From the NCBI GenBank assembly GCA_965223545.1, contig OZ245006.1, positions 7,904,001 to 7,968,000 on the forward strand: a DNA stretch of 64,000 nt. Direction: 5' to 3'. The position numbers were made by a program, and so were the translations under genes. Under the pieces are notes generated by a model that searched no databases, was not told the DNA's origin, and was given only the letters and a program-made list of their open reading frames with translations. The stretch comes from Planctomycetota bacterium. GTDB taxonomy: Bacteria; Planctomycetota; UBA1135; UBA2386. This document shows, in pieces, positions 10,172 to 19,542 of this stretch; within the stretch, counting starts at the first letter, position 1; every line of letters begins with the position of its first letter.

Positions 10172-11608
10172 ATGTGTGAGTTCGACCAGCACGGCCGCGT
10201 GCAGGAGGGCGCTGCCGGCTTCGTCGACGATCTGGTGACCGCCATGGTCAACAGCCGGATCTACTCGCAAGGGCATCCTCGGCTGCGAGACAGCGTCGAA
10301 GGCCTGGAGCAGCGGTTGGCCACGCATTTCGCCGGCGGCGGTGAGGACTACACGCTGCGGATCGCCGACGGCTACGTCATCTATGAAGAGCGGCCGCTGC
10401 TCGGGGCCACCATGTCGGCGCAGCGGTTGATCGCCGCGTTGGAGCAATTCCACGGCGGTGGCGTGCAGTTCCGCCGCGGTGCGACCCGGGCCGACGTCGA
10501 CGCGTTGATCTACCTACTCGGACAAAACGCGGGCGGACTCGGCGACCTCGCCGAGGTCAACCGCGCGCTCACGAGCTACGGCGGGTTGGCGGTGGGGATT
10601 CTGCCGCCGTACGACCCCGACGCCGAGCTGTGCCTCGGCGCGGGCACCGGCACCGGCGACGGCACTCCCGGTGAGGTGGCCGGTGCCCGCGAGGCCGAGC
10701 AGTTGACCCTGCCGCTGCAGCTGTACCAGGGCGTCGTCGACACGCTGCAAGCGATCACCATCGACGTCTGCCGGGGGGACCAGTTCAGCCTGGATACTGC
10801 CAAGGGGCAGCTCGAGCAGGTCTTGCGCCGGCTGGACCGGGACCCCAAGGCGGTGATGAACCTGGCGCGTTACGAGCACTACGACGCCTTCACCTTCGGC
10901 CACTCGATCCGGGTGGCGTTCTTGGCAATGACGTTCGCCCGCTCGCTCAGCTCGGACTCGCTGCTGATCCAGCGGATCGGGTTGGCGGGGCTGATGCACG
11001 ACGTCGGCAAGGCGCGGGTGCCGTTCGAGATCCTGCAATCGCGCACGCGCTTGACCGACGCCGAGCGGGCCGAGATGGAGCGGCACACGGTGCACGGCGG
11101 TGAGATCCTGCTCGAGCTTGCCGACACCGATCCATGGGCGGTGACGACGGCGTTCGGTCACCACCGCGGCCCGGACGGCACCGGCTACCCGCCGACGCCG
11201 CGGGGCTCGCGGCTGTCGACGGTCACCAAGCTGATCAAGATTTGCGATGTCTACGAGGCGTTGACCGCCGAGCGCCCCTACAAGGCCGGCATGTCTCCGG
11301 TGCGCGCCTACCGCATCATGATGTCGATGAAGCACTTCGACACCTCGATGCTGCGCCTCTTCATGCAGACCATCGGGCTGTTTCCGATCGGCACGCGGGT
11401 GCAGCTCAGCGACGGGCGCGGCGGGGTGGTCGAGGCGCAGACCGAGCACTTGCAGCGGCCGGTGCTGACGGTGGACACCACCCCGGACGGCGATCTCGTC
11501 GACGCCGAGCACCGCGAGCGGCTCGACCTCAGCGCGGTCGACGAGTCGCTGTTCGTCTTGCGAGGGATCGCGCTCAGCGACCGCGAGCGGGCACTGACGA
11601 GCGGCTGA
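10172..11608 (+). CDS. HD-GYP domain cyclic-di-GMP phosphodiesterase-like protein
   Basis: HSIRVA, LMHDVGK, HTVHG, HHRGPDGTGYP, DVYEALT-RPYK. Confidence 0.9.
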   Translation: MCEFDQHGRVQEGAAGFVDDLVTAMVNSRIYSQGHPRLRDSVEGLEQRLATHFAGGGEDYTLRIADGYVIYEERPLLGATMSAQRLIAALEQFHGGGVQFRRGATRADVDALIYLLGQNAGGLGDLAEVNRALTSYGGLAVGILPPYDPDAELCLGAGTGTGDGTPGEVAGAREAEQLTLPLQLYQGVVDTLQAITIDVCRGDQFSLDTAKGQLEQVLRRLDRDPKAVMNLARYEHYDAFTFGHSIRVAFLAMTFARSLSSDSLLIQRIGLAGLMHDVGKARVPFEILQSRTRLTDAERAEMERHTVHGGEILLELADTDPWAVTTAFGHHRGPDGTGYPPTPRGSRLSTVTKLIKICDVYEALTAERPYKAGMSPVRAYRIMMSMKHFDTSMLRLFMQTIGLFPIGTRVQLSDGRGGVVEAQTEHLQRPVLTVDTTPDGDLVDAEHRERLDLSAVDESLFVLRGIALSDRERALTSG

Positions 11609-11627
11609 GGGTCGCGGCCCTTCTCGG

Positions 11628-12980
11628 TCAGAGCTGGTCGAGATAGGTGTCGTTGTCGGGCGTGGCGGCGAGCTCTCGGAGCAGGGTCTCGAGTGCGTCC
11701 TGTCGGCTGACGGTGCTGAGTCGCTTGCGCAGCGCGCGCAGCTTGGCGGTCGTGGCATCGCCCAGCAGGTCGGTCTCGCGCCGCGTGCCGGTGTGGCCGA
11801 TGTCGATGGGCGGGTAGATGTGCAGCTCGGCCAGCGCCTCGTGCAAGACGATCTCGCTGTTGGCCTTGCCCTTGAACTCCTCGCCGATGACGTCGTTCAT
11901 GTGCGAGTCGGTGTCGGTGAGCACGGTGGCGATGACGGTCAGCGAGCCGCTGTCCTCGAGGTTGCGCGCCGAGCCGAACAATCGCTTCGGCTTCTGTACC
12001 GCGACCGCGTCGAGACCCGCACTGAGGATCTTGCCCGTATGCGGCGCCTCGGTGTTGAAGGCACGGGTCAGCTGCGTGAGCGAGTCGAGCAGGACGACCA
12101 CCTCGGCGCCGGATTCCGCCATGCGTCGCGCCTTCTCGGTGACGATCTCGGCGAGCGCGACGTGGCGGCTCGGCGGCTCGTCGAACGACGAGGCGATCAC
12201 CTCTCGTCGACTCTCCGGTCCGGTCTGCCGCTGCACCAGGGTGATGTCCTCGGGGCGTTCGTCGACCATCAAGATGATGACGTAGACCTCCGGGTGGTTG
12301 TGCAGCAGGGCCTGCGCCAACGAGATCAGCAGCTGGCTGCGGCCGGCGAGAGGGGGGGTGCGGATCAGCGTCCGCTGTCCCTTGCCGAGTGGCGCCAGCA
12401 GATCGAGCGCGCGCACGTCCAGCCCGCAGCCTCGGTACTCGAGCCGCAGGCGCTCGGCGGGGGGCAGCGCGGCGCGCTCCTCGAAGGGGATGCGGTCCCG
12501 CAGCTCACCGACCGTGCCCCCGTTGACCGCTTCGACCCGCAGCAGGGCGAAGTACTTCTCGCCGTCCTTCGGCGGGCGGACCGGTCCGGCGAGGACGTGG
12601 CCGGGCTTGAGGTTGAGCCGGCGGATCTGGCTCGGGCTGACGTAGATGTCGTCGGGGCCCGCGGCGTAGCTGTAGCGCGGCGAGCGCAGGAAGCCGAAGC
12701 CGTCGGGCAAGACGTCGAGCACGCCTTCGCCCCAGCCGAGGCCGGTGCTGGTCACGCGCCGGCGCAAGAGGAGGAAGATCAGCTCCTGCTTGCCGAGGCC
12801 CGAGTAGCCCTCGACCCCCTCGCGCTTGACCAGCTCGAGCAGCCGGGCCATCGGCAGCGCCTGCAGCTTGGGAATCTCGTAGTCGGCCTTCTTGGCCGCC
12901 TCGTAGATCTCGTTGCGGTCGCCGGCGTCGAGCTTGCCGACGTCGGGCGCGACGCGTTCGCGTTGCGATTCGGATGACAA
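11628..12980 (-). CDS. rho: Transcription termination factor Rho (divergent P-loop)
   Basis: GVLDVLPDGFGFLR, DIYVSPSQIRR, GKGQR, DERPE, FGSARN, EEFKG, GTRRE; TTG start. Confidence 0.93.
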   Translation of the reverse strand: MSSESQRERVAPDVGKLDAGDRNEIYEAAKKADYEIPKLQALPMARLLELVKREGVEGYSGLGKQELIFLLLRRRVTSTGLGWGEGVLDVLPDGFGFLRSPRYSYAAGPDDIYVSPSQIRRLNLKPGHVLAGPVRPPKDGEKYFALLRVEAVNGGTVGELRDRIPFEERAALPPAERLRLEYRGCGLDVRALDLLAPLGKGQRTLIRTPPLAGRSQLLISLAQALLHNHPEVYVIILMVDERPEDITLVQRQTGPESRREVIASSFDEPPSRHVALAEIVTEKARRMAESGAEVVVLLDSLTQLTRAFNTEAPHTGKILSAGLDAVAVQKPKRLFGSARNLEDSGSLTVIATVLTDTDSHMNDVIGEEFKGKANSEIVLHEALAELHIYPPIDIGHTGTRRETDLLGDATTAKLRALRKRLSTVSRQDALETLLRELAATPDNDTYLDQL

Positions 12981-13154
12981 AAGAGGACTCCGGTGGGTGC
13001 GAGTGCCGCCGGGGGTCGAGGTGGGGGCCGCGACGTGTGCCGCGGAGGTGGAAGGCCCGGAACGAGGTGGTGGGTCCTGAGGTGGGGCGCGAACAGGCTA
13101 CCGGGCCGATGGGTCAGCCAAGGGTCTTAGGGCAGGGGGGTAGGGCTTTGCAAG

Positions 13155-13787
13155 TCAGGAGCCGGGCCTTCGCCGGCGCGGGGCGGTGCAGGCGAGCAGC
13201 GCGGCGTCGAGCCGGCGGCCCAGCTGGGCGAGATCGCCATCGTTGGCGACGACCGCCGTGGCGCGCCGTCGCTTCTCTTCGATCGGTGTCTGGTGGGCCT
13301 CTCGGCGGGCGAGCTCGCCGTCGTCCCAACCGCGCGCGCGCGCGTGGGACTGCCGCATCCCGAGCGGCGTGTCCAGGAACAGGATGCAGTCACAGCGGTC
13401 GTGCCAGCCGTTCTCCAGCAGCAGCGGGATGTCGAGCACGACGGAATCGCCGCGTGCCAGCGCGTCGCCGAGCGCCTGCTCGAGCGCGGCGCGCACCGGC
13501 GGATGCACGATCGCCTCCAGGTCGCGGCGGGCGGCGGCATCGGCGAACACCGTGCGCGCGAGCGCGGGGCGGTCGACGGCCCCGGCGGCGTCCAGCGCCG
13601 CGTCGCCGAAGCGCTGGGCGATGGCGGCGCGCACGCCGGCGTCGTCGAGGACCGCGCGGGCCTTGCGGTCCGCGTCCACGACGACCAGGCCGCGGCGTGC
13701 CAGGTGGGCGGCCGCGGCCGACTTGCCGGCGGCGACGCCGCCCAGCAGGCCGATGACCAGGGGGGGATCGGGGCGAAATGGCGGCAC
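13155..13787 (-). CDS. coaE: Dephospho-CoA kinase
   Basis: IGLLGGVAAGKS, DAD, DRPALA-VF, LEAIVHP, DIPLLLE. GTG start approximate. Confidence 0.92.
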   Translation of the reverse strand: MPPFRPDPPLVIGLLGGVAAGKSAAAAHLARRGLVVVDADRKARAVLDDAGVRAAIAQRFGDAALDAAGAVDRPALARTVFADAAARRDLEAIVHPPVRAALEQALGDALARGDSVVLDIPLLLENGWHDRCDCILFLDTPLGMRQSHARARGWDDGELARREAHQTPIEEKRRRATAVVANDGDLAQLGRRLDAALLACTAPRRRRPGS

Positions 13788-13892
13788 AGTGGGCGGAATG
13801 GGGGACGAAGGGCGGCGAACCGGGCCGCGGCACGCTGCATCGTGGGGTAAGCTGGGTTGGCTCCGCAAGCCGTTGGTCCAGTGGTTCCCGCC

Positions 13893-13922
13893 TTGACCGA
13901 AGCCCGCGGACCCACCTAGAAT
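13893..13922 (+). promoter_or_regulatory. Sigma70-like promoter
   Basis: TTGACC-N18-TAGAAT about 140 nt upstream of ATG 14063. Confidence 0.55.
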
Positions 13923-14062
13923 CCCCGCCGCTTGCTTCGTCCCAACCCCGTGTCAAAGCTCCTACTTGGAGTCGCGGGGCGTCGGCGGGCACGGGTTCTG
14001 GCTCACCCCTCGGCCAGGACGCGAACCAACGCCCATCCCCACGGAAAACGAGAAACGGTCTG

Positions 14063-15355
14063 ATGCACACCCGCGAGCGCGGCGCAGCGCATATCAACAT
14101 CTTCTACTTCTTGATCATGCTCGTCTTGTTCTTGGGCGCGCTGGGCTTCGCCAGCGTGCAGATGACCGAGAACACGACGCTCCGCGAGGAGATCAAGAAC
14201 GTCCGGGCCGAGAGTGAGCAGGTCACCCACGACCTGGAGGTGCTGACGCACTACACCGAGGACATGGCCGAGGTGGTCGGCGAAACCGGTTCCTACGCCG
14301 GGCGCGACGGCTTCGTCTACGACCTGAAGGAAGGCGCCCTGACGCAGAAGTCGCTGGAGGGCGTCGCCCTGCCCAACCGGCTGAAGTCGCTGCTGCAGGA
14401 GTTCGCCCGCGACGCGTCGATCCCCGAGTCGACCGCGACGCCGGTGCAGAGCCTGCTGAGCCAGACCAAGCAGGTGCTCGCCTCCAAGGAGAAGCGGATC
14501 AGCGACGTGGTCGCCGAGAACGCCTCCTTGACCAACATGCGCGGCACGCTCGAGGCCAACGTCAGCACTGCCAACCAGCAGAAGACCGACGAGGTCAGCA
14601 AGCTCAACGACGCGCTCGCCGAGCTGCAGCAGGGCTTCGAGTCGGCGCAGACGGCGCTGCAGGAGACGATCACCGGCCTGCGTGACCAGGTGCGCAACAA
14701 GACCGAGGAGCTCGACCAGCTGCGCGAGCAGCACGTCGCCGACCAGCGGGCGTGGCGCAACATGGAGAACCAGCTGCGCGGCCGCAACAACGTGATGGCG
14801 GCGAAGATCGCTCTGGTCAACCCGCCGCAGGAGCCGGACGGCACCGTGATGAGCTCGTCCGAGGCGGCCGAGGTGGCGTGGATCGACCTGGGCCGGCGCG
14901 ACATGCTGCCGCGCGGCACCGTGTTCGAGATCATCTCGCCGGACACCGGGGCGACCAAGGGCTACGGCCGCGTCAACCGGGTCGAGTTCGACCGCTCCGA
15001 GCTCGCGCTCTACGGCGTCGTCGATCGCTACGACCCGATCACCAAGGGTGACCTGGTGCGCAACGACGTCTACTCCGCCGGCGTGCGTCGCAACGTCTTC
15101 CTGATGGGGCGCTTCGGCTACCCGATGGACAAGCCGAGCGTCAAGCTGGCGCTCGAGCAGCTCGGCAACACGGTGCACGACTCGATCGGTCCGGCCGTCG
15201 ATCTGGTGATCGTCGGTGGTGACACGATCAGCGAGGAGGGTGGCTTCACCGCGATCACCGAGTCGGACGAGTACAAGCAAGCGCTGCAGCTCGGCATCGA
15301 GATCGCGCCCTTCAACAAGGTGCGCGAGTTCGTCAAGCTGAGCACCGAGGAGTGA
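14063..15355 (+). CDS. Membrane-anchored coiled-coil protein with C-terminal BRCT-like domain
   Basis: N-terminal TM, long heptad region, then VFLMGRF...LEQLGNTV...VDLVIVG...KQALQLGIEI, a BRCT-like pattern. Confidence 0.75.
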   Translation: MHTRERGAAHINIFYFLIMLVLFLGALGFASVQMTENTTLREEIKNVRAESEQVTHDLEVLTHYTEDMAEVVGETGSYAGRDGFVYDLKEGALTQKSLEGVALPNRLKSLLQEFARDASIPESTATPVQSLLSQTKQVLASKEKRISDVVAENASLTNMRGTLEANVSTANQQKTDEVSKLNDALAELQQGFESAQTALQETITGLRDQVRNKTEELDQLREQHVADQRAWRNMENQLRGRNNVMAAKIALVNPPQEPDGTVMSSSEAAEVAWIDLGRRDMLPRGTVFEIISPDTGATKGYGRVNRVEFDRSELALYGVVDRYDPITKGDLVRNDVYSAGVRRNVFLMGRFGYPMDKPSVKLALEQLGNTVHDSIGPAVDLVIVGGDTISEEGGFTAITESDEYKQALQLGIEIAPFNKVREFVKLSTEE

Positions 15356-15400
15356 CGCGCGGCTGAGTGAGTGCGGCGGCGCCTGCCGCTGCGCTCCGCG

Positions 15401-15445
15401 ACAGCCCCGGTGGCCCGCCCGAACGGTGCCGCCGGGGCTGTTTTG
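15401..15445 (+). terminator. Intrinsic terminator
   Basis: acagccccggtggc / gccgccggggctgt stem followed by tttt. Confidence 0.7.
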
Positions 15446-15525
15446 CTTGGACCCAAAGGCGGCCGCGCTGGTCCGCGCCAGCTTGGAGCGTATCGTCTGG
15501 GCTGCGCCGTTCTTGAACGACGACG

Positions 15526-16545
15526 ATGGCCTCCGCACCAGCCAGCCCCGGACCCGAGCCGAACGACGAATCGCTCGCCAAGATGTCGTTCGGCGATCAC
15601 CTGGACGAGCTGCGCCGGCGGCTCATGCTGTCGGTGATCGCGGTCGCGGTGTGTGTCGTCGGCATGTTGCCGTTCAAGGACGCCGTGTCGGCGGTCTACA
15701 TGCAGCCGTACCGCGAGATGTGGCAGACCGGCTTTGCTGCCTATCTCGAGCTCAAGGATGCCGAGCTGGCCGAGCGCGGCGGGCTGCAAGCGCTGCGCGC
15801 GCGGGCAGCAGGGGACGCGGGCGCGCCGGCGGATCCGACGGCGGCGTTGCACGTGCAGCGGCACGAGTTCTTGGAAACACACCGCGAGGCGATCGTCGCG
15901 GGGGAGTTCGATTTCGAGGAGTTCGGCGAGTCCATCCAGAGCATCGGTGGCTTCAAGGTGCCGTACAACCTGGTGGCGATCGGCGGCATCGAGGAGTTCT
16001 GGACGTTCATGGCCGCCAGCGTGCTGTTCTCGCTGATCCTCGCGGCGCCGTTCGTGCTCTACCAGGTGTGGGCGTTCGTCGCCGCTGGTCTGTACAAACA
16101 CGAGCGCAGGGTCGTGCTGCGCTACTTGCCGGGCGCCGTGCTGTTGCTCATCGCCGGCGTCGCGTTTGGCTACTGGATCGTCGTGCCGACCGGGCTCTAC
16201 TACCTGGTCGAGCTGATGAACTTCGGCATGGTGCAGCCGATGTTCTCGGTCTCCAACTACTTCCGCCTCCTGTTCACGCTGACCGCGGCGCTGGGGGTCG
16301 TGTTCCAGCTGCCGTTGTTGATGCTGGCGCTCAACCGCGCGCACGTCGTCTCGCACGCGGCGTTCCGCAAGCACTGGCGAGTGATCGTGCTCTGCATGTT
16401 CGTCACGTCGGCGATGCTGACGCCTCCCGACCCGTTCACCCAAGTGATGATGGGCGTGCCGATGGTGGGGCTCTATCTGGTCGGGCTGTGGCTGACCGGG
16501 CGGGCGGAGCGCCGCGAGGCGCGGCGCGCGGGGAGCGCGGCGTGA
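15526..16545 (+). CDS. tatC: Twin-arginine translocase subunit TatC
   Basis: MSFGDHLDELRRRL, YQVWAFVAAGLYKHE, FQLPL, LTPPDPFTQ. Confidence 0.95.
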   Translation: MASAPASPGPEPNDESLAKMSFGDHLDELRRRLMLSVIAVAVCVVGMLPFKDAVSAVYMQPYREMWQTGFAAYLELKDAELAERGGLQALRARAAGDAGAPADPTAALHVQRHEFLETHREAIVAGEFDFEEFGESIQSIGGFKVPYNLVAIGGIEEFWTFMAASVLFSLILAAPFVLYQVWAFVAAGLYKHERRVVLRYLPGAVLLLIAGVAFGYWIVVPTGLYYLVELMNFGMVQPMFSVSNYFRLLFTLTAALGVVFQLPLLMLALNRAHVVSHAAFRKHWRVIVLCMFVTSAMLTPPDPFTQVMMGVPMVGLYLVGLWLTGRAERREARRAGSAA

Positions 16546-17795
16546 GCTCCGGTGGGCCGCGGGCGGAGATCCTGGCGATCGGTGACGAGCTGACGCACGG
16601 CATCACGGTGGACACCAACAGCGCGCACGTCGCCCGCGCGCTCGAGGAGATCGGCTATGAGGTCGGCCGCGTGACGGTCGTCGCCGACGAGCCTCAGGGG
16701 CTGACCGCCGCCATCGCCGAGGCCTGTGCGCGGGCCGCGGTCGTGATCGGCACCGGCGGGCTCGGGCCGACCGAGGACGACCGCACCCGGGCGGCGGCGG
16801 CGGCGGCGGCCGGGGTCGCGCTGCGCTTCGACGAGGCGGTGTGGCGCGGAATCGAGGCGCGCTTTCGCGCCGTGGGTCTGACGCCCCCGGCCAGCAACCG
16901 GCTGCAGGCCGAGGTGCCGGCCGGCGCCGAGGTGTTGGCCAACGACTGGGGCACGGCGCCCGGCTTTGCACTGCGGATCGGCGAGGGTGTCTTCTACGCG
17001 CTGCCCGGAGTGCCGCGCGAGATGCGCGCGATGCTGGCGGAGCGCGTGCTGCCCGCCCTGCGCGCGGCCGGTGGCGTGGCGACGCACGCGCTGTGGGAGC
17101 TGCACCTGGTCGGTGTCCACGAGGCCGAGCTCGGCGAGCGCATCGGCGGCTGGATGGGGGCCGATGCAAACCCGCGAGTCGGCATCACCGCCAAGGACGG
17201 CGTGCTGACGGTGCGCATCGTCGCCCGCGGTGCAGATGCCGACGACGCGCGCGCCCGGTGCGCGCGCACCGCGGCGGAGCTGCGGCCGCGGTGCGCGGAG
17301 TGGCTGCTACACGAGGGCGGGATCAGCCTCGCGGCCCGCGTGGTCGCCGTGCTCGCGGCGCGCGGGGCGCGGCTGGCCCTGGCGGAGAGCTGCACCGCGG
17401 GTTTGGTCGCCGCCACCCTCGGCGCCGTGCCCGGCTGCTCGGAGGTGCTCGAAGCCGGCTGGGTGACCTACTCGAACGCCGCCAAGCACCAGCTGCTCGG
17501 CGTCGGCGAGGACCTGATCGAGCGGCACGGGGCGGTGTCGGTCGAGGTCGCGGAGGCGATGGCGCGCGGTGCCGCGGCGCGCGCCCGCAGCCGGTTCGGC
17601 CTGGCGATCACCGGCATCGCCGGGCCGGGCGGTGGCACCGCCGACAAGCCGGTGGGCACCGTCTGCTTCGCCCTCGCCGACGGCGACAGCGTCCGCGCCT
17701 GGCGCCGCCGTTTCACCGACCTGGGGCGCGATTTCGTGCGCCGGAGGGCGTCGGTCGAAGCGCTGGCGGCACTGCTGCGCGCAGGTGAGCGCTAA
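16542..17795 (+). CDS. cinA: CinA family protein (MocF domain + PncC NMN deamidase)
   Basis: AIGDEL...DTNS, GGLGPTEDDRT, LPGVPREM, AESCTAG, GAVS, ITGIAGPGGG; GTG overlaps the tatC stop. Confidence 0.93.
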   Translation: MSSGGPRAEILAIGDELTHGITVDTNSAHVARALEEIGYEVGRVTVVADEPQGLTAAIAEACARAAVVIGTGGLGPTEDDRTRAAAAAAAGVALRFDEAVWRGIEARFRAVGLTPPASNRLQAEVPAGAEVLANDWGTAPGFALRIGEGVFYALPGVPREMRAMLAERVLPALRAAGGVATHALWELHLVGVHEAELGERIGGWMGADANPRVGITAKDGVLTVRIVARGADADDARARCARTAAELRPRCAEWLLHEGGISLAARVVAVLAARGARLALAESCTAGLVAATLGAVPGCSEVLEAGWVTYSNAAKHQLLGVGEDLIERHGAVSVEVAEAMARGAAARARSRFGLAITGIAGPGGGTADKPVGTVCFALADGDSVRAWRRRFTDLGRDFVRRRASVEALAALLRAGER

Positions 17796-17924
17796 GCGAA
17801 GCCGCGCCGATGCTCCCGCCGGAGTTCTACTCGGTCCGACAGTTTTGGTTGCGGGCGCGCAGGACGCAGCTATCCTTCGACCGCCCCGCATCCCGGGGTG
17901 GACCGGGCGCAATCCCGGTCGCGG

Positions 17925-17999
17925 TTCCGGATGGTGTAATTGGTAGCACGAGAGATTCTGGTTCTCTTAGTCAAGGTTCGAGTCCTTGTCCGGAAACCA
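17925..17999 (+). tRNA. tRNA-Gln (anticodon CTG)
   Basis: Cloverleaf: ttccgga/tccggaa acceptor, agaga-ttCTGgt-tctct anticodon arm, GGTTCGAGTCC, encoded CCA. Confidence 0.95.
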
Positions 18000-18032
18000 C
18001 TCCTTCGCGCCGGGGCGATCGCGCCCGGGTGT

Positions 18033-18104
18033 AGCCCGGTAGTGTAATCGGTAGCACAGCAGCTTTTGGTGCTGCTTGTCCAGGTTCGAGTCCTGGCCGG
18101 GTTA
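18033..18104 (+). tRNA. tRNA-Gln (anticodon TTG), no encoded CCA
   Basis: agcccgg/ccgggtt acceptor, gcagc-ttTTGgt-gctgc anticodon arm, ccagg-ttcgagt-cctgg T arm. Confidence 0.93.
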
Positions 18105-18345
18105 TTACCTCTTGGCCTTTGGTGGCAAGGAGTTACGGCGGTGGGCTAATGCCTGGGGAGCCGAGGGGGGAGCCGGCGTGGCACCCGAGAGGCGGTGGAG
18201 ACCGCCGCCATGGTCCTTAAAGAGGGACGCCCCCACAGCCGGCAAGCAAGAGGGGGCGAACGGATCTACGGACGCCGCGGAGAACCGCGACGTCCGGCAG
18301 GGCGGCCGGCAGCCCGACGCAAGCGTCCGCCACTCGGGGGTCGCG

Positions 18346-18936
18346 ATGACCGCCACCCCTCGCCTCGACGCGGCTGCGCATCGCCGCCGCGTGAGCTGGA
18401 TCCCGCTGCCGCTCGGAGATCGGCACTTGGCCGGTGAGCTACTCGCGCTTGTGCGGGCGGGTGTGCCTGTGTCGGCGTCGCCAACAAGCTGCGCGCGCCG
18501 TCTGGGTGTCTCGGTCTCGACCGCGGATCGTGCAATCCGAGCTGCGGAGATCGACCACCTACTCGTGCGCGACGGCGGGCAGCTCTCGCCAGGCCCTGAG
18601 TGGTCTCGCTGGTGGAGCGATCGTCACTCGGCAGCGCTGCCGCACCTGGTGCGGGCGAGGGGCGCCCAGGCGACCGAGGAGGTGCTCATTCTACTGCTGC
18701 ACCTCGGCTCCGCCGCTGCGAGGTCCGTCGGCGCGGCGCTGGTCTGGAGGCTGCGGAGGCTGCTCGCCGGTGGGCTCGACTTGGCGCTTCTCGAGGGCGA
18801 AGCGCCGTCGCTCGACGGTGCGTGCGCACGGCTGCAGACGGTTTGGGAGCGCGAGGCGCGCCCGAATAGGGGTAAGCTCTTAGTCCGTTTTGACGGAGGC
18901 AAACGGTCGAATGCACGATCCCAGCGACAAGTATGA
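18346..18936 (+). CDS. Helix-turn-helix protein (phage/MGE-like), possibly a remnant
   Basis: SPTSCARRLGVSVSTADRAIRAAE HTH pattern; lies inside the att-bounded segment. Confidence 0.45.
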   Translation: MTATPRLDAAAHRRRVSWIPLPLGDRHLAGELLALVRAGVPVSASPTSCARRLGVSVSTADRAIRAAEIDHLLVRDGGQLSPGPEWSRWWSDRHSAALPHLVRARGAQATEEVLILLLHLGSAAARSVGAALVWRLRRLLAGGLDLALLEGEAPSLDGACARLQTVWEREARPNRGKLLVRFDGGKRSNARSQRQV

Positions 18937-19059
18937 CCCCGACTTCGAGAGCCTCGAGGAGAGCCAGCTTCCTAAGCGGTGCAGTGCCCGAGGCGATGGA
19001 GTGCGAGGAGTAGCGACGAATTGTCGTATTTGCCTCCTCTTGAGTCCGGCTCATGCACC

Positions 19060-19542
19060 ATGAAGCCGTTCTTGGAACTGCTTCTTCTCTATGTCAAGTT
19101 GGCACGGGCGATTGCCATCGGCTACCACATACTCCCAACGATTTTCAACATATGGTGCACGTCGTGGCAGGCAGGGGAGGGCGTGATCATGATCGGCGTA
19201 GTGACACAGATCGCGATCTTGGCGTCCACACTCGCAATTGTCGTCTCGATCGGCCAATTGCGCTGGGAAGTGCGAATCACATGGGTGAGTCTGGCGGTGG
19301 TTCTCGTGTGGGTTGGAGCCGCTGGCGAGTTCTTGTGGGGCAGTCGTCCCCCGCGACCCGGAGAGTCGGTGCGATCAATCAGTCACCGGATGGAACATCG
19401 GGGTGCGGCTCTAGGGCGGGAGGGCGACGCCCGGACTAAGTTCCTGGATACATGTTTCGGTCACCTTGTACTGTACTATGTGTCCTCTGAGGGCGGAGTC
19501 GTGCGCAACGTATACGCGGTACCGGACTATGCGCTGAAATGA
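19060..19542 (+). CDS. Hypothetical membrane protein (island cargo)
   Basis: Two hydrophobic segments and atypical codon usage; start uncertain (19060 or 19189). Confidence 0.4.
   Translation: MKPFLELLLLYVKLARAIAIGYHILPTIFNIWCTSWQAGEGVIMIGVVTQIAILASTLAIVVSIGQLRWEVRITWVSLAVVLVWVGAAGEFLWGSRPPRPGESVRSISHRMEHRGAALGREGDARTKFLDTCFGHLVLYYVSSEGGVVRNVYAVPDYALK

Noticed and set aside
18076..18345. ORF-track N-terminal extension starting inside the tRNA
   Set aside because: It overlaps tRNA-Gln and the att repeat; the plausible start is ATG 18346.
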